Assembly (NCBI RefSeq): GCF_041260155.1
Contig: NC_091947.1
Span: forward strand, 31,770,780 to 31,834,779
Direction of reading: 5' to 3'
DNA: 64,000 nucleotides
Source: Ptychodera flava
Lineage: Eukaryota
Every line of letters begins with the position of its first letter. The first letter of the stretch is position 1. The notes under the pieces are model-generated. The model made no database searches. It saw only the letters and a program-made list of their open reading frames with translations, and had not been told where the DNA came from. The position numbers and the translations under genes were made by a program. Shown here piece by piece: positions 1 to 13,045 of the stretch.

Positions 1-498
1 CCAATTCAAAAATGGTGCACATGGTGAAACTAATAATGGAAGAGACAACCACTGGTATTGATATTGAAAATGCCCATTTATATAGAATGCCATGTTATGG
101 ATTATACTTTACTGGGAAATGGTGGGAAAAAGCACAAATGATTGACTTTGTAAAATTTAGTTTCCTTGGCATGATGTCAGAATGAGTAGTATTATTTGCC
201 AACTCCTTGCATTTGCTACATTATACAATGCTGTTTATTGTTGACAAATGAATTCCAGTCCAAATCAAATTCTTTTGGCAACAATAATATTTAATCCTAA
301 AAGTTACAGTTGTTGTCATTTCAATGCTGTAAAAAGGTTGTAAAAGTTATCTAGGTGTATCACTCATTTCTTTACGAAAATAATTTTTGTTTGTTTCAGT
401 GTATGTGATTTTGATACTTTACGCATGATACAGTATAGTGAAGCGTATGCAGATTTTGTTAATGTATCATATTTTTTATCTACGTGTTTATCAAACAG

Positions 499-581
499 TG
501 TCCAAGAGTTTATGAAATTTACAAGTCAGATTATTGTAGAAAGGACACAGCCAGCACAGAGGACATCTGTCAAACAAGAGG
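499..581 (+). CDS. YKT6: YKT6 R-SNARE, internal exon; the first exon or exons lie upstream of the window
   Basis: Acceptor tcaaacag| and donor |gttagt. Encodes (S)VQEFMKFTSQIIVERTQPAQRTSVKQE, matching the YKT6 longin-domain segment SVQEFMTFTSQLIVERS...SVKEQ. Confidence 0.8.
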
Positions 582-1283
582 GTTAGTACAGATTCAGTGA
601 TTCTAGGTCTCAGCTTTATCTACAATATCTAATATTGATCATTTATGGATCTATGACATCCTTTCATTGCAATGTAGGTTGATGTAATATGAGAGTCAGG
701 GATCAGAATAAACTCTCTATATAGTACATATCAATGAATGATCTGTGTCCTGGAACAACTTTAAAATATATACTTACCGTATGGTAGATCAATGGTTCCG
801 CTGATCTTTCCATGATCATACTGTGGACTGATGCTGTTATTCTGAATATGTAGACTGGAACTTTAGATTTGAAAATACAGACGAAATGGTTAGCCTCAAT
901 CAGAATTTATGGAGGATGTTTAAAAGAATTGGAGTATAATGACATATCTCTATGGATTACAGAATCCAATGAATTTTTGCCAAGTTTTGTGTGCAAGACA
1001 TGTAAAATTACTCAAGTTGTAATACTGTTTGTAGCCACTACAGGGGTGTTGTATCCACCAGACTGAAATACTTGACTTACCCATTGTTTTCTGTGGTAAA
1101 GTTAGCCTGCTGAAAAGGGGAAAAGAATAATAGGATCATAGGTGTATGGGTGCGAATGTAGCATCATAGGGTTGTCTCTGTGTGGTTTCCCTACTTTGTT
1201 CAAGTTGACAAGTGCTATGTGTGGCTTATATCTGTGGAAACTTGCTAATTTGAATGTATGTGTTGTTTTATATCTTGCTTCAG

Positions 1284-1443
1284 AATATAATTGTCATGCA
1301 TACATCCGATCAGATTCATTGGCTGGTGTACTGATAGCAGACCATGAGTATCCACAGAGAGTGGCTTTCACACTCCTCAGCAAAACTCTTGAACAGTTTG
1401 CTACAGAAGTTCCATCACATCTTTGGCCGAGTGCAACAGCAAA
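1284..1443 (+). CDS. YKT6: YKT6 exon
   Basis: Encodes EYNCHAYIRSDSLAGVLIADHEYPQRVAFTLLSKTLEQFATEVPSHLWPSATA(K), against human YLCHVYVRNDSLAGVVIADNEYPSRVAFTLLEKVLDEF. Acceptor ttgcttcag|, donor AA|gtaagt; phase matches the neighbouring exons. Confidence 0.85.
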
Positions 1444-2051
1444 GTAAGTCTGAACCGTGTATTTACCAGCCTTTGACACCCTCAACTGAAACCAGGAAAA
1501 TCCTTCATACCAATATCTTGTTCTGTTTAAATATCAGTGTCATCCGTGACAACATCTCTCATTTGTATGAATGGTCTTAATGTAAACATTGCATTAATAC
1601 AATATCTTCTTTGTATTCTCTGAAGAATGAAATGTACAGAGACATTTGATATGATATGATATTTTGCATAGGTAACATAACTTGATGATACTTTGATACT
1701 TTTGGTTACGTCTTTTCCTGCAAAAGTGCTCTGATATAAAACTGATGAATACAGTGACTTTGTGATGGACAACCGCATTGGGCTTATGTGTTTACCTTGA
1801 ACACAAGTCAACTAAGTTAGAAGAATATAGACTTTACCTTGTCCCTGTGGTCGCAGTGCCTTTATTCTGTGTCACAAAATTTTAAATTTACATCATGTGC
1901 ACAAGGAAAACAATTTAAGATGTACAGTATGCTACAAATGCGTGAAAATATCATATTTCTCAACAGTTAAATTAAAACAATAATTTGCTTGAATCAGTGA
2001 ATCAGTTTTAACTTAAGATGTGTAAGGATTAATATCACTTTCTTTTTTCAG

Positions 2052-2097
2052 AGACATCAAATTTGAAAACTTGGAGCCCATTCTGTTAAAGTATCAG
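2052..2097 (+). CDS. YKT6: YKT6 exon
   Basis: Encodes (K)DIKFENLEPILLKYQ, against human HYPALDGHLSRYQ. Acceptor ttttttcag|, donor |gtatgc. Confidence 0.75.
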
Positions 2098-2888
2098 GTA
2101 TGCATTTGTTGGTTGAAGTATCTTGAATTTTGTTCCTATTCATACTTACAGTGGTTTACTTTGAAACATTGGCATTAGACGAACGAGAAATATTGTCTAT
2201 ATTGAGGTGTTGCCAACACTGCCGGGTACAATCGACAGCTAAGCAATAACATGAGTCGATTATAAAAAAATCAACTCTGCAAAAGTTGAAACATTGTCTA
2301 GCAGACGGTCAGACGTAGTCTAAACAACACCACCGCATATGTCCAAGCACTGTCCAAGTCTTATCACTTGCTTTCAGGTGTAGTTGTTTTGACTACATCT
2401 GACCTGCTGTAAGACAATGTTTCAACTTTGGCAGAGTTGATCTCTCTGTGGTCAACTGGAATTTCTGCTCAGCTGATAATTACACCTGACAGTGTTGGCA
2501 ACACCTCAATTTAGACAATATGTCTACTTCGCGTAATGCCAATGCTTCAAAACAAACCACTGTATATGATGAATTTTGTACGTGCTGTATCCAGTTCAAC
2601 AATGTTTACACTGTACCACAACATCTTACCACCCTCTGTGGGTCAGCAGTATTCAGCAGATGTAATTTGATGTGTAGCAAAACTGTTGACACAAAACCAA
2701 TAATGTTGACATAAAATCGATTTCAGAAATTGCACAAATACTAGTTGTGAGCTGTTTAACAGTGCAAAGATATTTTACAGCCAGGAAGACGAACAGCAAA
2801 TGCACAATTAATGCAATATGTTTTGTAAATAAATTTCATGAATTTATTTTTTTATTTTTTTATTTTATTTAAATTTGTCATTTGGCAG

Positions 2889-2954
2889 AATCCAAGAGAA
2901 GCTGACGCCTTGACAAAAGTACAGGCAGAACTTGATGAAACAAAAATAATAATG
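2889..2954 (+). CDS. YKT6: YKT6 exon, start of the SNARE motif
   Basis: Encodes NPREADALTKVQAELDETKIIM, against human NPREADPMTKVQAELDETKIIL. Acceptor tttggcag|, donor |gtgagt. Confidence 0.9.
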
Positions 2955-3633
2955 GTGAGTTCATACCCAGCAAATGCAAATCAGAGGCAATTTGGATAGT
3001 TTTATCTTTGATGTCATTCTGAAAGACTATCGCATCAAAAAAATTGCAGTGCAGTAATTAGGTTTTCAGATATTATACAGTTTTATAAATAAAAATTTTT
3101 GTTGGAATAACTTCTATATTACTGAGTTAGAGAGAGGGGAAAGAGATGAAGACCAAAATTAGAGATCAGAGAGATAGAGATAATGAAATGTGAGGGGAGG
3201 GGGTTAGGAAGGGAGGGAGTGGCAGGTGATAGCAGTGTGCCCTCAGAGCTTTATTTACATGACACTGACTCAAGAAAGTTTTCCCTGACAAATTTACATA
3301 CATGTGTATCATGTACTGTAATAAAGCTGACAGAGAGATTTCTGTCAATTCCCCAAATGGTCAAAGTTCGACATTGTCATCATCAAGAGGTTCACTGATG
3401 TGTATTACCAAGCAAATGTACCAAAAGTATGAAGTACATGTAGAAAGGTTTTCAGAAATCACTTGGAAAGAGACCAAAGAAATCCAGAGATATCAAGACA
3501 GGACTGTGCATGTAAATGGTACTCATTCGCCACTATGATGCACACGTTAGAATTTATTTTGAAAATTATGATTGAGAATTAAAAACAGGTTTGTCAAAAG
3601 AAGGGCCTCAACTTCATTCTGTTCCCACTGCAG

Positions 3634-3735
3634 CACAATACAATAGAAGCTGTTCTACAAAGAGGAGAAAAACTAGATGACCTTGTAGAGAAATCTCAAG
3701 ATCTCAGTATGCAGTCAAAAACATTCTACAAAACA
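3634..3735 (+). CDS. YKT6: YKT6 exon, SNARE motif
   Basis: Encodes [34 protein letters not shown], against human [34 protein letters not shown]. Acceptor cccactgcag|, donor |gtaagt. Confidence 0.9.
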
Positions 3736-4365
3736 GTAAGTTATATGTAACTTCTTCCTTTTCTTTATTGTAAAATAAGATTGAAAATCAAGTCTGAGTC
3801 AATTTATATAATCAATTTTGACAAAGCGATCGCTTTTGAAATTCATACAATTCCCCAAGATGCAATCAGGAATAGAAGCTAACATAAAAATGTGTCATGA
3901 TATTACCTGACTCTGCCCATTATTAATTTCCACCATATGTGAATAATTTATTTTCCATTTATGAGAAGATGCTCAGAACCAACAGGGTGAAATATTTTGC
4001 TTTTATGACTATTCTCAGTTTGAATGATTTCTCAGCTTGCATCTGGATCGCTTGTATTGTAAGAGACATGCCCACCTTGAAAAATCAAGTGAATTTGTTT
4101 TCGTGAAAAAATCCAGTGTATTATGTAAACATACAAGTCAATTCAGTAATTGTGAAATGACGTGTTGCCTTGATTGTAGAACATGTACAGAGTTCTGATT
4201 AAAAATTATTAACTGCTTGTGAAATAGCAACAACATTGTATCAACACTCAGCAGTCGTTTCAAATGACAGTTTAAATCAAACTTACTCGTTAGAAGGAAA
4301 GTTTCCTTGACTGAATCAGTTTGACTGTCCTCCTTTGATTAATCAATTTCTTTTTCTCTTTTCAG

Positions 4366-4401
4366 GCAAGGAAAACAAACCAATGCTGTGTTATACTGTG
4401 A
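4366..4401 (+). CDS. YKT6: YKT6 terminal exon, including the TGA stop
   Basis: Encodes ARKTNQCCVIL*, against human ARKQNSCCAIM*. The C-terminal CCxIL lipidation motif is conserved. Acceptor ttttcag|. Confidence 0.85.
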   Translation, partial: ARKTNQCCVIL

Positions 4402-6599
4402 AGTGTATGGAATATATGGAAATCAACAGGGCTTAATTGAAACCACCATAACTTGTACTTGAAGTCTTTCTGACAGTCTCTTTTGAGAAACCAGTCTACT
4501 GGACTTTATTTTATTTATCTTTCCTGCCCAAGACTCCTGTGAATCTGTGAATATAATAATTGTTTCCTGTGATGCCTATGTCTGATTAGCTGGCAGGTGT
4601 TCGGACAGATAGGATCTTGTTTGCCTTTTGTGAGAGCTTTGACTGTGGCTGATGCTGATAACCTTGTGAAATGGTGTGTTTTGTAATGAAGCTATGGTCA
4701 GTATTTCACAGTCAACTGGCTTTTCTTTTCGTCTCAATTTTTTAAAGCAATGTAGAAAGAAAGCATCTTCAAACTGCCTCAATGTGCAATATTAAAAAAC
4801 TGTATTTCCCTAAACACCAAATGATAGCTCAACAACACCAGGCCAATCAGAGCAAGCCCCAGAAAAGGTTTATTTACAAATCTTCATATGTGTATTCATA
4901 TATATAGGAATATCCTCAGAGACTGTCCATCTAACCAAAGAAGTTTATTTAACCCCTTATCACTTTAGCATCGACATATGTAACATTGTACCCCAATGCC
5001 AAACCTAGCAGTCTAAATTTGTCATACAAATCGATTGGGTGGTACTATAATTTACTGGTGAATGGGTTTATGCTTGTCTTTGAAAGACAAATGGAAAGGT
5101 GTGGGGTACCTATCAATTATGCAGTCATCGTAAGAGGCAGCGAATAGTTATTGGAACAAAATCGCATGTACTTTTCAGTTTTTAATCTTGCATGTTCAAG
5201 CTAAGATCAGGATGTGAATCTGTCTATTGGTGGAAAATGACTTTGAATTCTGCTTGTTTTGTAGCTCTGTATCTGTGTACCATGTACCATCATTACATCA
5301 GATCTTTATGATTTGTAAGTATTTCCAGAAAAAAGAATTGTAATGATGAGTTAACTTCATACTGACGTCATGAAATAACCATCATTAAACCCATTTCAAG
5401 GAACTTTGCTGCTTTGTTTTCCGAAATTTTTTTGATTTTTTTTATCTCAAGTCAGTCATAAAAGTCAACACACAGGAGATACTATAGTATGAGAATATTT
5501 ATTTGATTTTCAGTTCTTGTGAATTATGAAGATTTACAAAATCACCCAGTAGTATAGGAAAGCATTGAATAGTAAGTTCTGTCACAAACATGAAAGTTAC
5601 CTGAAAGATTATCCTGATCTATTATAGATATTTTAATTTTTTTTTAAGTTTGCCAACTCTAGTATACCTTCAATGAAGTCAAATAAACTGAAATTGTAGT
5701 CTTGTAGTTTTCCACAATTTATTGTCTCATAAATGTATTTGAGAGCTGTCATTTGTTGACAGATATAGTGATAAATACCCCTACTTGTCCTGACCCATTT
5801 TTTGACAAGAAATTTTTCATTACTAGCCATAAGCTAAAATTCCTGTATTATTTAATTTCTATTGTATTCCTATTTCCAGTCTCAGAGTTTTGTTTTATAT
5901 TGATGTGTTACAAGTAATGATAATGCTGATGCCTTGTGTGTTCCACTGATTGCTATGTGGCCTATGTTCAGGTATATTGAAATAGTATTGCAGACATGGG
6001 CTAATAAGCAGCCATTACGAGTCCCTTACCACAATATTGCATCCTACTAAATCCTAGTGTTTTCATAGTGTTCTAAATGAAATAATTCACTGCTGGGAAA
6101 AATGCCAATCTTTTGTTGATCATAAATTATGATAGCAATTCATTACAGACTTCGTCAAATGGTCAACAGTGAGAGAGTTCTCATTGAAGGCTATACCATC
6201 CACACTACTACATTGATGAAAGAAGGGGGGTGTGAAATCAGCCAATTTGCAATACCTAGGTTATATATTATCCTCTATTTGATTATTTTTCAATCACATT
6301 GATCTCGCAGGCAAAATGTTTATAAGCAATGACTGTAATACTCTAATTTGAAGATTTCTCCCTGAAAAGAACAAGGCTAACAAATATGGAGTTAAAGATT
6401 TATTTGAAACTTTCCTTCAATCCCTTGTCCAAAATTCTATAACTCTCTCATTTATTATTGATATCATTTCAGCTTGGCAAGGTGCTGCTATGTACGGTGA
6501 TCATTGCCTTGTTCAGTTATGAATGTTTAGTGCCCTCATGTGTTTTGAAACGTGCAGCTAGCTGTCTTGACAACTTGCTTACTAATAGCCTTCTGTACC

Positions 6600-7010
6600 A
6601 TGTCCCAGGTAATTATTACTGCTCCTTAATCAATATTGCCCTATCATATCATAAGGTTCAATTTGTCCTATGTAATTACCATATGATATCTTGGCATTGT
6701 GTCCTAGGTGCGTGATTATTGCCTTCACAAGTCATATGGTGCTATGTCTTTGTGCATCTTTGCCTCTTCATGTATTGAGATTCGGTGTCATAGTTGATTA
6801 TTGCTCATTAGTGTCAGCAAGTTCAAATGTCTTGGTCATAGTTGCCCTGTCATGAGATACAATGTGCTCACTAGTTATTTTCCTCTCATATTGTCAGGTG
6901 CAGCATTCCAGGTGATTATTGCCCTGTCATTTCATGTGATACAATGTAATTTAGTTACTATTGCCCTCTCATACCTTGAGATGTGCAATATCCCAGGTGA
7001 ATAGTGCCCT
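6600..7010. repeat. Degenerate minisatellite-like tandem repeat
   Basis: Reiterated units of about 60-110 bp sharing the motif CCAGGTGATTATTGCCCTGTCAT...CATGTGATACAATG, occurring six or more times with variation. Confidence 0.45.
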
Positions 7011-9588
7011 CATGTGGTTCAAGGTGAAACTTCCTTCTTCAGGAATGGCATTAGTAATCTATGTAAATTTTGTCATTATGTGAAATTTTGGGTATTACAG
7101 CAGGAAAAGATTTCTGATCCTCTATCACTTCATGTATACATCAGCTTGTGCAGTAAGGAAAAATAGTTCTTTATATTGCTTCAGCTGCTTTTTGCCATTT
7201 TCTAACCATGGTGGTCAGTGGTATCAACAGAGTTTTTTAAGTAGAAAACGTGAAACAACAGACCTTGATAAGTATTTTTGTGATATATTTGGGACAAAAA
7301 AGAACATGACTTTTAATATTGAAAAAGAAACATACTAGTATATAGTTTTAGATAATCTTGTATCTTTTAATGAACAGGCAAACTACACTAAATTCAAAAA
7401 CTGTTGAGAAGAAATGGCTTGTAGATGGGACAAGTAGTTATGAACTAAAATGTGATTAGACTAACTCAGTGCTATTTTTTTTACTACAGTTTGTTTGACT
7501 GATATTTGAACATGTGATATCGAAATTAGTGATGTATCCAAATTGAAATGTACATTTGAAAGGTAGTTGTGCACAGTTCAAAAACTCATGAATTTGAAGC
7601 CATAGTCATGTGAGTTGCACACAATGTGATTGATATAAGCCATCTTCCAATAGCAATGGTTCTACTCTGGAATAAAATGACATGCAATGTCAATACGCCC
7701 AATGCATGGATCACATGATGACGGTACAAACAAACGCACATGTGCAAACGCGACTTGCATTGTGCACATGGTTCTGTTTGTATCATGGTGGATTCGAATT
7801 CCAGGTTTAGTCTGTTTTGCAGATCAAAATCAAATACTTCATTTGAGGGATTCTTCTTTATTGGAAAGTATTGCATCAGTAACTAAAAAATTGTGGATAC
7901 TTTCAGTACACTCCAGAGAAGGCCATTTTCAGGTCCGTGCAGCACTTCTATACCAAATCATTTGCGGATGCAGGGCTTCATTTGATACTGTCATGCCAGT
8001 CTTTACTGTAAAATTTGTTAGATCTGCACTATCCAAGATCTACGGATCAAAGAGACAGAGTCAAAATATCCAAAATGAGTTCTGTTTTCCTGTGAAAAGG
8101 AATCATACTAAATGCCCTATCGTGTATCATCATAAGTTAGTCTCATAAATATAAACTCTTCTGCTAGCTTCAACTCTTTCCCTTTCAATGTTTGATCAAT
8201 TTCTGAAAAGTGTAATCTTTGTGATACAATGCTCAATATGTAAATATGCAGTTCCTTGTGAAAAATTTGATGTTGTGGCTTAGAAGAATGATGGAAAGTG
8301 TAGTTGCAAAGTTAATAAGCCATAGAGATGTGGTGGGTTGCTCTTATGTCCCCTGTATGAGTACCAGCGTTTGTTTGTGAATGTGTTACTGCTAGTCCAG
8401 CAGAGATGTATGGGAGATGCAAATCTGATGTGAAATTTATTGATGCAGTATGTATTTTATTGAATATGAAGAAGAATGTGATATTTTCAATGAGCTGTAT
8501 CTGCTGAGATAGCTTTTGAGCTGATAATTGATGTTTTTTCAGTGTTATAAATGAATTAAACTGAATGTGTTTTGGTAAAGGCCACTCTATAGCTTCAAAT
8601 CCTTCTTTGTAGTTGCCAAAGTGACATTGAGATTTAATAGTTTCTTTTGAACTCAAAACTAACTTTTATGGTAGTTTTTGGTTCCAAAAAGACTATCTTG
8701 AGAAGGTGTATGCAATTTCCACTCTGTTCATTTCTGTGAAATGTACAAGTTAATTCATCTGTCGTAGGAAAAATGCTTTGAAATTGAAACAGCAGCAGGT
8801 ATTGATAGTACATTTACATTGTCAAATCTGGGCTTCCTGTTAGTTTGTTTTGTTCAGTACTTGTACGTCACGTCATGCCTGGTTCTAAATAATTCATGGA
8901 GAATAGTTGTAATTTGTGAATTTTCTGAAATAAAAACTTTTCAAGACTTCAAAGAAAGCATAGAATTCACTGAAATGTGCTGGTTGACTCTCATGACTTC
9001 TTGGCTATGATTCTTCACCCTGCATTTATGAGTCTCACATGTTTGAGCTAAAAATTTTCAAAATTTGCTGTACCTGACAATGCAGTATTTACACACCTGT
9101 TTCCTATGCTGTAAATTTGACAGCCATTTCACTTCTGATCACTTGACTGCTCTCCCCATCAAGACAACTTTGTATGATTCTTCAGAAAGTGAAATCCAAG
9201 AGACAGAACTTTATTCTTGTGGACATTTTCAATGTTTGCAGAATTAAGGAGTTTTCTAACATACTGGTATTTTAAAGGTATACAGTCACCAGTAATCTAA
9301 ATATGCCCTTATATGGTCAAAGGGGCGTTCCTTAGTATTCAAAATTCCCATGTGAGGGCGCTGTTTTTAAAAAGCGGCCAGTCGCTTAAAATCAATGATT
9401 GGTTAGATTTTCTCTTTCCATGGTAACTGTGGCACAATTGGAACAGCCCTTACGAAAAAATATGGCTTCTGGCACATAGTTGTGCATGCTAACCCACAAT
9501 AGTTGTGGATACCAAGCTGCAACTGTTTGTGGCTTATAAGCAGGTTATTCATATTTTATCATGCAAAGATCTGTTCTGGCACAGTTTT

Positions 9589-9703
9589 GCGGCATACAGG
9601 CCGCTGTGATTGCAGACGATATGCCGCAAAAAAATGGGATGGGGCTTTTAGCGGCATAGAAGCCGCTGTGATTGCAGACAATATGCCACAAAAAATGGTG
9701 GGG
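9589..9703. repeat. Tandem duplication, two copies of about 57 bp, inside the composite element
   Basis: GCGGCATA[C/G]A[G/A]GCCGCTGTGATTGCAGAC[G/A]ATATGCC[G/A]CAAAAAAATGG..GGGG is repeated twice. Confidence 0.6.
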
Positions 9704-10956
9704 TAAAAGGTTTCATGGTAAAATGCTGCTATGCATGCTTCCTGCGCTACCCCCCCTCCCCAACCATACCTGCATTTGTACCTACCTGTTTTATACTAGC
9801 CAGGAGATTACCATACACTTCACATCTTCATTTTGTTTTAAGGGACAGTAGCTGTAACTTATGATGTTGCTCTTTTAACTTTTGTGCGTTGAGGTAACTT
9901 TTCACTTTACTCACTTGGCAAAATAGGCAAAAATCAAGACACATAACAGTATAAAAATACTGCATAAAAATTAAGTTACAGCTACTGCCTTTTAAACCGC
10001 CTACTCACATATGCAAACAAAAAAAAACACTTACCACATATCTTCACGATAATACCCCATTGTTTATTTTGATATGTAAAACAATGATGTTGGTACACTA
10101 GGCTGGACCACTAAGAAATTAAAATAAAATCAAAATTCAATAATCTAATGAGGTTCATGTGAAAAACATAACAGAACACGTCTAAAAGTCTGCATTTGAT
10201 TTTCACATTATCCAAAGTTGTTTTCGATGCCATCCTAATGTTTACGATCTTGTTCTGAAACTTCAGATTGAATGTTCCTGTTGATCCTTGATCCATTGGT
10301 CTGTTCAGCTTCATGGCCTTTGCCCATACACTGAGAATAAAAATGATAAATAACAGACAAGGATATTATTACATGTGCAAAGTGAAATTGCTTGTATTTT
10401 GTCGACTACCCTTATAATATATTTAATACAAAAATTCACGGAAAAGAGCATTCATGTGCTTGAAAGAAATTATAATAATTAATATTAAATAATTTACCAA
10501 TGATACAAACTCATGACATATCTATACATTATGTTATTGTGATTACCAAATCATTGCTTTTCAGCCTCATTTTCACTATTTACTTGTGACACACCACTCC
10601 AAACTACAACTATTGACCAGCGGTGATTGAGTTTCAGCACATCTCAAACAGAAGAAATGTAAATGGAAAACTGACTCATAAATTGTTTTAAAACAAAAAG
10701 TATCCCTTTATAATAGCGCAGTGCACGGTTACAGGTTTGTTACTAAATATACCGTAGCTGTACGCGCGCAATATCGGACACGCAGCTTGAAATGCGGACA
10801 AATTTTATCAATGTTGCATACATTGCTGTTTTTGCAGCTTGTACTCTGAGTCGTGGATATGCCTATTGGTATTCATTGTTACACTACTAGCAGTTAGCCC
10901 ACTAAGTTGTATTTTCGTCGTTCTTGCATTCGTAATTTTCAAAAGCGTAATCTAAA

Positions 10957-11015
10957 AATGCGGACGATGCTGTGTGTTGGCCGCTACAGCTAACACACAG
11001 CATCGTACGCAAGGC
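10957..11015. mobile_element. Hairpin MITE family, truncated copy
   Basis: CGATGCTGTGTGTT..loop..AACACACAGCATCGTACGCAAGGCT shares the arm motif of the 12945-13045 element. Confidence 0.4.
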
Positions 11016-11212
11016 TAGCGAGAGTTGCCGACATCGACGGTTATTTACGAGAAGTGAATAAAAGACTGGCATTTTTGGAAGCGATCGAGTAGCTGAGGTA
11101 GGCAGGGATACGACTTGGGCCCAAGAACGCTGAATTTCGGCAGTAATTTGGCTTTTTGCATCAAGTCCCAAAATGGATTTGAAGTCACCGACCCTACCTA
11201 CGCTACGGGTCT

Positions 11213-11279
11213 TTGCAGGGCTGTGGTGAGCGGGGCGATTAACTGTAGCGGAACACACAGCATCGTACGCGTAGGGCTA
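11213..11279. mobile_element. Hairpin MITE family, partial or rearranged copy
   Basis: GCAGGGC + TGTGGTGAGCGGGGCGATTAACTGTAG + CGGAACACACAGCATCGTACGCGTAGGGCT. The loop is the reverse complement of the loop in the 12945-13045 copy. Confidence 0.4.
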
Positions 11280-11780
11280 CCAACCTCCATGATTAACTAC
11301 CGGTATATTATTTTTGCCAATACCGTACGTTCATTTGGCATACTTGAACAGGGTTCGCCAAGAACAACATCAATATAGCACGACCAAAGACAGTGAAAAC
11401 TGCGAAAATTATAGAGACAACTCGTGGTGTTGAAATTACTTACCGAATTTTTAAACGATCTGTAGCTCTTCGATCAAACTATGGGTGTGTCCGTGACCGT
11501 TGTTCTTCGGGACGATATCTCGGTCTCAGAATCGGTCATCCAAGGGCCATCAACGCATCGCAAACGCTGTTTGTTGGTTTTAAATTCATAGCTAACCTTT
11601 ACGTACCCTGAATGATAATGTCCTACGGTAATTTTACGCTAAACTGTACAAAAATCAGAGCGAAAAAACGGCGACGATATACTCCTCGCTCAAACGTCCT
11701 AACGGCCTACCAGTGCATATCAGATTTAATTTGCCGCTCAGGATTTGACCCATGACCTTTTGGCAATCTGACCAATCATA

Positions 11781-12358
11781 GGGTGCGTTTGGGCGCACTG
11801 TTCTCGACACGAGAACGGTGCTCGGATGTGCCGAGCGCGCTCGATTCTCTTCGCTACATTTCCGGAAATAGCCGATCTTCGTTCCGAGAACGAAGAACAC
11901 AACCCTGGTCTGATCCGGGAGCAGACGAGAACAAGATGGCGGAAACCAGCCGCGCGAAATGAAAATGTCAGTGCTATGTTGCTATTGTATGAAAAACGTC
12001 TCAGGATACAAGTCGAGATGGGTGAATTATTATTACAAGTTTAATCTTTCCAAACATTTGATGTTTTTTCGTTTTTGGAGAGTTGTCGAAAATTTTTGAG
12101 AGTAAACTGTTGTACAAATGTACAACAAACGTCTTCAACGTAATATTTTGGTAAAGCTGATGTATGAACGATGATTAAAATATAGCGAAACAGGATTTCC
12201 TTCGTGAAAGTTGTCTGTTGCCGTGACTATAATCACATTTGTACCAAGTTCTGCCAAAGCGAGGCTGTGTCGTTTGGTCGTCAAGAACAAGAACAGCTAT
12301 CGGAAGCTCGCCCTCGTCGGATGTTCTCCTGACGAGAACGGTACGCCCAAACGCACCC
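11781..12358. mobile_element. Tourist/PIF-like MITE of about 578 bp nested in the composite element
   Basis: Perfect 15-bp TIRs GGGTGCGTTTGGGCG / CGCCCAAACGCACCC. They are flanked by ATA on both sides (tcATA|GGGTGCG ... GCACCC|ATAaag), consistent with a 3-bp TSD. Subterminal inverted motifs TTCTCGACACGAGAACGGT are present. Confidence 0.6.
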
Positions 12359-12944
12359 ATAAAGAAATGTTCACATGATCTACAACAATCTGACCAATCA
12401 TAAAGAAGTCTTCACATGATATATGACATCATCAGGCGTGATTCTAGAGTTCCGGGTTCAAAGTCTGTTCTGACCCACGCATTGTTTCAGCAAGCAGCTT
12501 GATCGATCTCGAGCGAGCTAAGCTGCATGCGACTTCGAGCTTGCGTTTGAAAACCAAAACGACACAAATACATGGGAATAACCTTTCTAGATCAACACAA
12601 AACTCTACAAAAACGGCTCCGACATAGCAGTCTCGTGACTTACAAACTTTGCCCGACGATGACTTTCATCGCGCACGTCCGTATTTTGAAGCCCAGCGTG
12701 ATCACTATGAAACTATGCGTACATTATTATACGCTGGGAAAGCTTTACCGTACGTACCTCCATGCCGTACGTACGCTTTCAAGACCTACTCCGTACTTGC
12801 AGTTCATTTAAAACCCGCGTGTGAAAAGGGCGTAAGAAAACACAAAAGAACAAGATATACGTTATTTTTGAGTTGCAGTTCTTTGAAAGACTAGTCTTTT
12901 CAAGGGAGATATGCACGTGAAATAAGTTCATTATACGTCGATAT

Positions 12945-13045
12945 TAGCCCTGCGTACGATGCTGTGTGTTCCGATCCGCTACAGCTAATCGCCCCGCTCA
13001 CCACAATTAGCTGTAGCGGAACACACAGCATCGTACGCAGGGCTA
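12945..13045. mobile_element. Hairpin MITE family, intact copy of about 100 bp with a 10-bp target-site duplication
   Basis: TIRs TAGCCCTGCGTACGATGCTGTGTGTTCCG / CGGAACACACAGCATCGTACGCAGGGCTA are perfect 29-bp arms. The inner loop is itself palindromic (CTACAGCTAAT...ATTAGCTGTAG). Direct repeat ACGTCGATAT lies immediately adjacent on both sides (12935-12944 and 13046-13055). Confidence 0.7.

Noticed and set aside
1-498. Upstream YKT6 exons encoding MKLYSLSVLYKG...FSFFQRS, within the first 500 bp
   Set aside because: No reading frame in 1-498 encodes the longin-domain N-terminus. The 5' exons must lie upstream of the window.
10902-11258. 118-aa ORF (-) and neighbouring 72-87-aa ORFs at 11115-11900
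   Set aside because: They span the hairpin-MITE arms and CpG-rich transposon interior. They have no homology and are repeat-derived.
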